Shown here piece by piece: positions 13,205 to 23,430 of a stretch of DNA of 64,000 bases. Every line of letters begins with the position of its first letter. Position 1 is the stretch's first letter. A program made the position numbers and the translations under genes. This DNA comes from Lama guanicoe (Eukaryota). The notes below the pieces were generated by a model. The model had not been told where the DNA came from. It saw nothing but the letters and a program-made list of their open reading frames with translations, and ran no database searches. The DNA lies in contig MU054391.1 of the NCBI GenBank assembly GCA_013239625.1, positions 558,001-622,000 of the forward strand, written 5' to 3'.

Positions 13205-13465
13205 CTCGCTACGGCTGGTGGTGTCTCCAAAACCCATGTGTAGAAGGCCTAACCTCCAGTGCTTGGCACGTGACTGTGTCCAGCTGGACACAGGGTCACT
13301 GCAGGCGCAATTAGCGGAGAAGAGCTGTACTGGAGCAGGCGGGCCCTCATCTGAAAAGCCTGGTGTCCTTGTAGAAGGGGGGTTGGACACAGACACACAG
13401 GGAAAAGGCCGTGTGAACCTGGAGGCAGAGATCCGGGCGGTTGCCTGCAAGCCAGGGATCACATG
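13205..13465 (+). mobile_element. MLT1-type MaLR LTR fragment
   Basis: gtgtctccaaaacccatgtg...ctggtgtccttgtagaag...ggaggcagagat...caagccaggga hallmarks. Confidence 0.65.
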
Positions 13466-15517
13466 GCATTACCTGGATCCCTGCAATCTGGTCCTGGACT
13501 TTGCACTGATCACCAGGTGGGCCCAGTGCCACCCACGGTGTGGCACAGACGCCCCGGCAGTCACCGGCCGCTCATCGGATGTGAGGCGCCCACACACCAT
13601 TTCGCCCGCTTTCCCTCCAGCCTCTGAGAACGTGGTCTCCTCACCCCACTGGAGGAACGGAGGGCAGAGAGGCTGCCCCAGTCAGGTTAACCCCTGCTCC
13701 CGCTGCGACGCGGATAAATAAATGCAGGCATTCAGGTCCTGAGTGTAATCAACTCAGCCCCAAAGTGGAGAAATACAGCTCTTTCTATGAGGAATAAATA
13801 TTAAGGTGCCGGAGTTTCTTTATTGGAGACATTCATAGTGGCTTCTTCTAAAAATGCTGCTTCAGTATCACCTCTTTCAACACGGTCTGGCTCAGGGAGG
13901 ACGAGGGGAGAAGAGAAATGAAGCTTCTGACAAACAGCCTCTCCGTGAAGATGGAACCTGCGCCCATGGACCAGGGCCGTCGGCAGTGCCCCGGGCCCAG
14001 CCACGCTGCTCACACCTGCGGTCCTGCCCTTGGCCAGTGGCCGACCCGCGGTCGTGCACGAGGCAGGCAGAAGAGGGGTTCTGAGTGCGAGGCCGGAGGA
14101 GGAGGAGCCAGATCCTTCCAGTTTCCCCACCATCAACCTTGGTTCTCCATCTGGTGCCACTGACCAGCAGTGGGGACGAGGGGGTAGCCCCAGGGCTGCA
14201 GAAGGTGTGAGAAAATCACCGTTCCCTGCGTTGCTGTGGGTGGGCGCGGACAGGGCAGGGAGAGGGAGCTCCAGGCACCCTCTTGGATTCCAGTTGTGGC
14301 CGGTGGGGGTTTTCCAGCACATTCTGTTCCCCCTCACACGGACACGGCTCCCGGACCCTGGGAACCAGGTACACAATGTGGCCAGTGTGGATGAAACATG
14401 AAATGTGCGGAAGGTGCGCTCAAAAGGAGCCTTTCCCATGGAAATAGCTCTCCAGCCGGCCCCAAATGCAGCAGGGGCACAAGAAATGGGGACGAGGATT
14501 AAGGAGAACACAGTGCAGGTGGGACAACGCTGGGCTTGGGGGTAAGAGGCCAGAGTCCACCGAGTCCAGGACCCCGGGGCTGCGCTTCCCGAGCAGGAGG
14601 GAGGCGGGGACACGGGCCTGGGGCCACCTCCTGTGCCTCAGCCCCGGAGTCAGTCTAACTTTCCTGAATCCAGCTCTTTGGAGAACATTCTCACCCTCTG
14701 GGCATCTTGCCCAGAAGTGCCCGCAGGTTCATGAGATATTTTGAGAGGCGACTGCAGACCTCAAGATGTTTGCCTGGAGAAGAGAGAACAGGGGAGCCAG
14801 ATGGCATCCCCAGCATTTCAGGCCCGTCGAGTAAATTAATTGGCCTGAGAGTTTGAGAGGTGAAGTCGGCAAGTGGTGGCCTTCAGTCCTGGACGACACA
14901 TGATTTCTACTCGAGATGGACTGGACGGTAGATCTGATGGTGGCCTTGGTGCCGCTGGGCGGGGTGGGAATGGGAGCAGTGAAGCAGGGCAGCACTGGGG
15001 CTGGGGCTGGGGAGCCGCTGGGGAGTTTGGGGGTGAGCAGTTCAGCAAAATGACACCCCAAAGGCAGAACGTCCGGAGTGAGCGTGGGAAACAACAGATT
15101 TGAGGAGTGTTTCCTGGTCGCCACTGTGACGTTGTGAGTGACTTTATCTTTACTGACTCAAAGGATGATTAAGCAAGTGAGGCAGGACTGGGGCTGAGCA
15201 GTCGTTGGTGTCCCACGTTTACCAGCTGCACTGGGGCTTCTGAGCCCAACCCCCTCCCTGGCCTCCCTCCGACATGACTCCTCTGATGGCCGGCTGAGAG
15301 GAAAGGCGACACTGGAGGTTAACTCGCCAGCATCACACCCTCCGGAGCAGACACGGTGGGGGGGGGGGGGCTCCGGCCACCTGGGCTCCTGCCTGGTAAA
15401 ATTGGGGCAGAAAGCGGTCTGAGGACCGGCATCTGCTCCCCATCAAGGGGCAAGATGACCGTGTTCGTGGGTCTTTTCAGTGACGACAGGAGTAACTGGA
15501 TGCGTGTTTATCCCCAG

Positions 15518-15644
15518 GACACACGCTGGCCCTAAATCTGCGCTGCCGACTATGGAGGGAGACGGAGCAGGGACTTCGCGGCTGGGATCTGGGAAACAGC
15601 AGGGGGTGAGCGGCTCCCGCCACGCTCCCGCTGGGGACGTGTAG
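15518..15644 (+). CDS. TPO: TPO exon 16 coding part (cytoplasmic tail) ending at in-frame TAG 15642-15644; the exon runs to 15647
   Basis: tatccccag|G completes Trp; THAGPKSALPTMEGDGAGTSRLGSGKQQGVSGSRHAPAGDV*; CAG|gtgggt donor gives a 130-bp exon, the size I recall for human exon 16. Not in the ORF track. Confidence 0.9.
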
Positions 15645-16190
15645 CAGGTGGGTCCACACCCCGTCCCGCTGGGATTCCGATGTCAGACGTTTCCACTGAG
15701 ACCCAGGACATCCTGCCCCGGCCCTTCCCAGCCTCCTGCTCCGGGTTTTCTTCTCCTGCAGGCTGGATGTATAGAATGCTAATTTGTCAAAGTGTTTACC
15801 TACTTTAAAAAAGTAAAGATGAATGAGAATCGTGAACCAGGGTGACAGGGCTTCAGACCCAAGGGTGCCTGCCGGGCGTCTGCTTCACCGTGTCCCCTGT
15901 ACCGACTGCGGGTCAACCAGCGGCTGAAGGGAAGTGTTGACGTGTAAAACATGCGTTCGGAAACAAATGAATTAAACATAGTCAGTGTGCGAAGAATCTG
16001 TCTAAACTTACTTTTTACTAGTGTGGTCTTACATGCACGGCCTCTGCGTCTTGCGGTAAAAAGTCACTCCAGTACCCCTGGGGCCCATCAGAATTCAGGG
16101 CGAGATGGTGTTTGGAGCTAAAATGAGCCTGTCCTTAGAGGCAGAGGTGGCTCAGCCTTGTGGACTGAAAACTCTGCACCAACCCACCAG

Positions 16191-16505
16191 GCCTCTCCAG
16201 CCATGCTGGGAACAGCGGTCCCACCGGCACCTCCCAGCCTGCCGAGACCAGAGCTTCCCGTTTGTCGGAAGCTCCTCATGAGCCCCCCAGGCCCAGGACC
16301 CGGCCTGTGGACCCCGAATCCTTCTCTGCAAGTGGCGCCCACGTGTGTGAAGCTGCTCGTGGGGTCACAGTCAGGCCCCACGCACGTCTGTCCTGGTTTT
16401 CACGGGACAGGACAAGTCACAGTGAAACAATGCTCGCATGTTGCCAAGGGCCTGCTCAGGACACGCTGACCAAATGCAGGCGAATAAATCTTGCCACCTT
16501 GCAAC
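16191..16505 (+). other. TPO: Probable TPO terminal exon 17 / 3'UTR (boundaries approximate)
   Basis: accag acceptor at 16189-16190; tgctggga...ctcccagcctgccgaga resembles human exon 17 as recalled (LPR in phase-0 frame); AATAAA at 16483. Confidence 0.55.
16483..16488 (+). terminator. Probable TPO polyadenylation signal
   Basis: First canonical AATAAA I found downstream of exon 16. Confidence 0.6.
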
Positions 16506-18546
16506 TGTCTGACCCCTTTGCCAGCACTGCCCAATGGTCCCTCGGCGGCTTGGGGGGTGTTGCCACGAGAACGTGTTTACATGTTATACATGTTTATGAG
16601 CCTTTCCCCAGCCAAACAGACGGGAGAGTGTTGTCACCGCCCTCACATCTCAGCCTCGCTTCCCCTCCAGTTTTAATTCCCCTCTTCTCCTGTGGCTCCT
16701 CTTCCCCCAGATCTGCCCACCTGCCCAGCCCATTGCTCCGCCGGCTCCCAGGACGGGCGGGACGCATGGGCGTCGTGTGCCGAGGCCACCTTGCCGCCCG
16801 GGTGCCTGAGCTGCATCCTCCCCTCCCCCCAAGAGCAGAACTGAGACTTACTGTGATTCTCAGGACCGAACAGGATTAGTGACCTATCTCCTCCTGGGGG
16901 GTCTGCCGGCAGACGTGGGGCCAAGGCCTCTCTGCCCTGCTCCCCCGCTGGGCACTGTCTCTGCCCCTCCTTGTCTCCCACTCACTCGGGTACCTCAGCC
17001 TGACCGTCCTTTGAGGGACCCCCTCCAGCCCGTGGGCAGTCCTGGGGGAGCTGTTAGTCACATCAGACCTGGCCTCGTTTCACACGGGGAGAGGCCGAGT
17101 GACAGGGAGGCTGAGCGGCTACGGTGACACTGGGGGGGGGGTCCTTCCTCCTGCACGACACCACGCGCAGAGAGACGTGTGCGCCCTGCAGCTGTCCAGC
17201 TCTGAGCCCACACAGGCGGTGGGACCCGCAGACAAGACGCTACTGTCCAGTTCTGCAAAGACACGGAGGGACACAGCCCCGGATGCCATCCATAGCTGTG
17301 GCGTTACGTGGAGAGACCGGTTTTACTCTCTGTAACCTAAAAACACTGCTTCTCACGTGTCCTGGGTTGCATTGCTGTGTCCCCAAGTTCCTATTGCTAA
17401 TATAAAGCCAGGAGGGACTTAATGATGAGACCCGTGAGGGAGACTCCCTGGCAGAGCTCGCTGACCCCCCTCCGCTTGCGCCCCTGGAAGGCTGCGGGGG
17501 AACAAGGTTTCCTGTTGGAATGCGAGGAAGGCAGCGGAGGAACACACGGTGCACATCGCCGCTGCCAGCTCTGGGCGTGGAGGGTGACAGCCTCTGAATC
17601 TCCACGTGATTTCCGCTGAGGGACGAAGGGATGGGACTGACTGAGGGACGGGGGTCCCGCCCCACTCCTCCAAGCCTCTCCCTGGCGACTCGACCCTCGG
17701 ACCCTTGGAACAGGAGCTGGTTCTGCTCCGGTTCGCTCTCTGCCTCTGGGACCTTGCTTGGGTCTCAGGTGTCTGCGCGGCTCCCGTGTGCTTGGTCCGT
17801 GTTCCGGAAGCCATGTGACTGAACAGCTGCTCCCCACAGGGAGCCGTCCCCTCTCCTCGGGTCCGGGAGCAGTTAAGGGTTGAAGGCTCCCGGTCCCGAT
17901 CGTCCCGGCGGCCCAGCATGCCGGCCCTCACTCATGCTGTCTCCCGTGTGCACCGAATCCTCGCTCTCCCATACGGCAGGTGGCTCGGGGTATCAGCAAC
18001 TCTGCCGCGGTGGTAACTCCGGCTTTTCTGCTGTCAGGGCTGCACCAGTTTCCCCAGCTTTCGTTCCACCCGAACGTCTAACCAGGAGCCTGTGCGCCTG
18101 GGCTCGGGTGTCGACTTGCTTCCCGTCCAGGCCTTTCTGCGTCTGCTGAGCCCCCAGCCCGTTTCCACTGTTTCTGGGGGGATTCCCTGGAGACGGGCCT
18201 GTGAGGGGCCGGGGGCTTGGCCCATCCTCGGATACTCAGTATCACGACGTGAGCCCTGGACGTCCCCTCAGACATTGCTTTGTGCAGTCCTGACTTTACA
18301 GACCAAGTAGCTGCGTCTCGGGCCCTGGAGACGAGCTGCTCAGCATCCCACGGCAGGCCAGACTCGGGGGGACAGAAGCACGGCTCACAGCCGGCCCCGA
18401 GTGACAGTGCTGCCCGCTGCTCCACCGTCTCAGCCCCAAACCCAGATGCAGGGAGCTGTGCTCATGGAATCCTCTTCCTCCTCGTTGAACCGCTTGCTAT
18501 TTGAGACTAGCGCTGGTCAAACGGGCGGGAACCGTGCCTTTCCCGG

Positions 18547-18590
18547 GCTCGGAGCACCGAGCTCGGAGCACCGCTGAGCTCGGAGCACCG
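18547..18590. repeat. Three exact copies of 13-mer GCTCGGAGCACCG
   Basis: Copies at 18547, 18561 and 18578. Confidence 0.85.
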
Positions 18591-20819
18591 CCGGGCCCGG
18601 CTGTGAGCCCAGTGATGGCAGGGACCCAGGACTCTCACAGGGAGGCCTGTCCTTTGGCGACGGAGGAGGAGGTAGTTGGATTCCCCCTCGGGCGGACAGC
18701 ACCGCCTTCTGGGAAGCGGGGCAATCTCTGACTCCTGCCGCTCTTCCCCGCCCCCGTTTGCTCTGCTGAGAGGGCTGCCGGCCCTGGTTCCGCGTGCGGG
18801 TCTGTGCCCGTGCGTGGGCAGTCTCTGATGTAGCTGCTTTTCCTCCTGAGACGTTAGCATCCCACTCGGCTGGGAGCCCCAGGAGCCTGGTTCCCCAGCT
18901 TCCGGCCAGCTCGCAGGCTCAAGGGTCCTCCATCAGCAGCCACTCCACCAACGCCTTTAGGGGCCCACAGGTGCTCAACACACCCTTCTCGCGGCCCTCT
19001 CTACCCACCACATGTGGGCACCTGCCTGGGAGCACAGCCCATGAGCAGAACCAGGAAGGCAGAGGCCACCCGAGCCTCAGTCTTCCCCTGCAGTCCTTCA
19101 TTTCAGGCAGGACCTGCACACTGATGATGGGGCGGGGGTGCGGCAGGGGCTCAGGGGCTCCCCTCCCCGTCCTCCAGGTTGGAGGGAGGGCCCGGCAGGA
19201 GCTAAGTGTCCCTTTGTTGGGGGAAGGATGGCCTGGGCCCTGGGAGAAAGCCTCACTCTGTTGGACCTCCACCCTGATCTAATAAAGGTGGTGTCACTAA
19301 AGGTGTGTCATGAGTAAAGGGTGGGGCCTGAGGCAGGGGAGGGCGCACGTGCAGCCAGGCTGCCACATCGCTTCGGTGCCCACGCAGCGTGCCTGGCTGG
19401 TGCCCCCTGGCCTGGGTCGCTGTGCCTGCACTGTCTTTGGATCATGTTTCCACAGTGGCTTTGGTTCCTGTGGCTCTTTGCTTGGCAACCACTCTGGCTT
19501 CTGGTCCAGGGAGCTCGCCCCTGGGGTGGCCCCTGGACTCCACCCCCTGACCTCTGACTCCCGGGGCTGAGCGAGGCTTTCTTTTGCAATCCTCTAATCC
19601 CTCACCTGAATTTCCCCGTGGCTTACTTTACCGAGGGCTGTGAGAACCTGCGAGCCCACCCAGGAAGCTTCTCCAATCCAGCAGGAGTTCCCAGCCCCAC
19701 CCCAGGAGCCTGTTACAGAGACAAGACTGCTCCAGCCCAGCAGGGGGCCCCAGCCAGCCTCTGAGCCACCTGGGGAGGCGGCAGCACGGTCTCCTGTGTG
19801 TCATGAACCGACAGCTCCAGCTCTCGAGCTGAAGCTGGAATTCAAACTGGTCACCGGTAAACCTTCCCATCTGGGCCTCCCCGTAATTCCAGCAGCTACG
19901 ACGGAGGCTGGACGTCGCACGGCTGCAGCAGACGTGCAGGGGAACCCAGCCAGCCTCCCGAGCCACCTGAGGAGGTCACGGTACAGCCTGCATGGGATCG
20001 GGCTGCAGCAGTTCCAAGTGCAGCTCAGGGCTCTAGCTCAGGACCCAACGTTGCCCTGCAGAGTCGGGGCCCAGGCCTCGAGGCTGCAGCACCGGGAGTG
20101 CCCCGGCCCCTCCCCGCCCACTCCGGTGTCTGGTGAGGAAGGAGGCGGGGCCGCGGCTGGCAGCGGGGGTGGGGGGGAGGGAGGGCCAGATGGAAGTGGA
20201 GGAGGGCACAGCAGCCCTCCCTGTGACCCCAAACCTGTGGTTGCCTGGAGGCTGCCCTGCTTCAGGGCCCTCGCCCTCCCCAGCCCAAGCCCCGCGCCAC
20301 CCTGACCCTAGCCTTCCGCCTGCGCTGTCACTGCTGGCCCGTCCCCTCTATTTACGAACCGCCCTCTGCCTTGCCTGCGGCTGACCACCTGGGGCTGGAG
20401 AGGAGGGCGTCGAGCTGTGACCCCCACCCCAAGGAGGTGAAGGCTACTGGGACCTGCCCTTTGGAGACACGATGGCGTGGGCACGTGGGCAGAGGCTGCC
20501 GCAGTTAACCCTGCGTCACTGTGAAGAGGACAGTCCCAAGGGTTTGAAACGCAAAACCAGACGTCACCTCTGGTCTTTCTGGACTGAACTTCCACAGGGC
20601 TTCACTCAGCACCTGCCGACTGCAGGCGCGGCCTGGGGGCCTCCAGTTTGACGCCACGCTGCGCCCCTTTGTGACTGTGTTTTCACCCCGGCAACCTCTG
20701 GTCTGTTCTTGTGTTCTTCTTCTCTAAATTATAAACCTACATCCCAAATATCTCCCCCCTCAGTCATGCCCTGCAGGTACGATTTAAGAGGCTGGTCATC
20801 CGCCCAGCCACTTCCTAAA

Positions 20820-20955
20820 CTCTGCCACCCTGGGCCAGCTACTTGGCCTCAGTCTCAGTTTCCTCACTTGTGACTGGGTATGACAGTCGCCACCTGAGAG
20901 CACACTGTGCTGATCAACTGGCCGAGGCGCCTGGTGCGCAGCACGCACTCAGGGA
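20820..20955. mobile_element. MIR SINE fragment
   Basis: ctgggccagctactt...gtctcagtttcctcacttgtga MIR core-like motif. Confidence 0.5.
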
Positions 20956-21922
20956 GTGCGGGCCATGAGGCGCCCTCTGGCCTCGGGGTCGGGCCACGTG
21001 CAGCGCACGCAGCGGACGCCACTGCGTGTCTCTCGTGCCTCCTGCGAGGCCGTGGCTGTGTCTCACCTCTGCACCTCTAATACCTCACCCAGCGCGCAGA
21101 GGGCGCTCAGCAAGCTGCTAGCCGGCCCTCAGGAGCCCGGGTCGCGGAGGAAGCCAGTGTCGAGAACGGTCCCCACACCGGGGCCTCCGGCAGGAGGGCG
21201 CGCGTCCCGCCCCGCAGCTGCTGGGAGCCGCCGGGGCGCGCGCACACGGGCTGCCCTCGCCGTGCGTGTGCACGAGCCGGCCCGCGAGGCCCCGCAGGAA
21301 GCCGTTCCCTCAGAACCCGTGCAGCTGGACGCAGCGTGGGTGTGGGCGAAGCGCTTCTTCGCCTGCCGGCTAGTTCCTCCCGCGCACCCCGCGCCGTGGA
21401 GAAGACGGGGGGGGGGGCGGGCGTTGTCCTGGAAGCGGGGGTGTCCGCGCCGGAGCGGTGCGTCGGGCTCTCCCAGCACGGGGGCTGCCTGGAACCCCCA
21501 GTCCGCGGCCGGCCCGGGAGACCGCGCGCCGCGCCTTGACCGCTCTTATCGCTGCTTGTTCGCGAGGCCTCTGGGCTGAAGGCGAGCCTGTGCGCAGGTA
21601 ACCCGGGGACGGGCTCCTTCTCCAGGGCCTCCGGGAGCTCTCGGCGCCAGCAGCGTCTCTCTCCGACAGGCTGACGCCAGAGCGCAGCGGCCAGCGCGAG
21701 GGGCGGCCAGCCTGGTGCCGGTCGGTCGACTCCCTCGGGCACGCCAGCCCTCTGCCCGCTCTGGCCGTCCTTCCTGGAGGCTGGACTCCTCCCCCGACTG
21801 CGGCCCGGCGGGCGTGCCCACCGCCAGGGGGCGCTGTCACCGCCGGGCCCGCGCCCGCGGGGAACACGCCCCGCTGGGGGCGGCGTGAACGCGTTCGCAC
21901 TGAGCGCGCCAGTGGGCGCGCT
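20955..21922. promoter_or_regulatory. Intergenic CpG island with CTCF-like motifs
   Basis: Very CpG-dense ~1 kb ending abruptly in AT-rich DNA; near-consensus CCGCCAGGGGGCGC at 21821-21834. Confidence 0.7.
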
Positions 21923-23366
21923 GAGAGTTCACTTCACGGTGAACATTTTCAGAGTTTTTAAAAATATATCTTGAAAATTGTAAGTGGGTATTAACAGTAA
22001 ATAGACAACTGCTAAGTTAGAGTGCAAAATAAAACACGGTATTTTAAAGGTGCAGGAGCAAGAAAATCCAACGGAGACCTGTCCACGTTTAAATAGTTGC
22101 CTGTGTGACGGTTAAATGGCATCTAAATACATTGTCACTAGAAAAATGATCAGTTTACAGGAGATGAAAAATCAATTTTAATACCAACTTTATTAATGAC
22201 CAAGAAGAAAACAAGTTGATGTTAAAGCAAAAACAGGAGCCGTGCAACTTCTTCTCAGAGTTGTTTCTGATCAGGAATAAGGCTCAGGAGCCATTTCACC
22301 TGAAGGTCTGAGGAGAAAACGAAGCGCTGAGATGCCCGTGCCCCCTTCTCCACGGAGCCCTCCTGCCCTGCACTGCGGCCCCCACAGACGGAGGCGGGCC
22401 CACCTCCCAGGGACCCTCTGCCGAGAAGGTACGCCCACCCCGGCTGGACACACAGGCTCATGAGCTAAAAACGGAAAAAACAGTCGGTGCACAACAGGAT
22501 GCAGACGGGGGACAAGTCACACCAGCGCACCAAGGGATGGAAGTGCGGGTCTTCCCTGGGGACGCGGCATCGAGCCGCAGTCGGCACCTGTTCACTCCCA
22601 CTGCTTTCAGGAGGGAGGGACGCCTGCCAGGTCAGGGATGGAAGTGCATTCACAGAGGGCTGACCCCTGGACTGAGCGGATCTGGGGCCTGGACAGCAGG
22701 GGGCTTTTCTTATGACCCCCATGCCCAGTGTGGCCTCCCTTCTGCACTCCCTCGAGGCCTCCTGTCTGCTCTGTAAGAATCAGATCAAAGTTGCCCGTCC
22801 TCTGGGTGCCACCCAGAGCCCAGACTGGCTGTCGGGATGGGGCAGACAGACTCGGGTCTGGAAGGGCCCCACGCGGAGCAGCATTAGCTGTTCCTCCTTC
22901 AGGCGCGCTCGCTGGCTGGTCAGTACGGAGGGTGGCACCTGGCCGGAGGCCCCTCCCGGCCTCGCTGCACCTCCCGCTGCCCCCAAGCCCATCCTCTCCC
23001 AGCCACCAGCCCCTTGTCCTTGGAAGCCGCAGCCCACGCCCCGTCCCCAGGGACACAACGCACGCTTGGTTCCACGGCTGAGGCACAAATCACCCCCAAA
23101 CCTCTGGACATTAAATGCCCATGTGTCTGAGAGACTTCGGGGTTAACACAGCCATGGGGCTTGTCTCTGCCCCGCGGGGCTCCGAGGGCTGGGCCCAGGG
23201 TGCGAGGGCTGTGCTCTGGGGTTGGGGTCCACCAGCAGGGGTGTGCTGGAGCCCACACCTGCAACTCCCGAATTCAGGAAATTTGTGAGCTGGCTGTCAT
23301 CAGCTGAAATCAGCAGATGCCACAGCCGGTACCCACCCGCCCACCCAGAGAGTGGTGGGCCTTGCA

Positions 23367-23430
23367 GCAACCCCGCGGCTGCATCTCTGGCTCTGTGGCA
23401 GCCCCGAGGCTGCATCTCTGGCTCTGTGGC
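23367..23430. repeat. 31-bp tandem duplication
   Basis: gcaaccccgcggctgcatctctggctctgtg / gcagccccgaggctgcatctctggctctgtg. Confidence 0.9.

Noticed and set aside
25-15647. TPO as a pseudogene
   Set aside because: All visible exons are in frame with canonical splice sites and an intact proximal His; the only stop is at the end of the cytoplasmic tail.
19281-19286. AATAAA as the main TPO poly(A) site
   Set aside because: A closer signal at 16483 follows the exon-17-like sequence. This one could at most be a distal alternative.
20956-21900. ORFs in the CpG island as a novel gene
   Set aside because: All frames are stop-poor because of composition, with no recognisable protein or supported exon structure.
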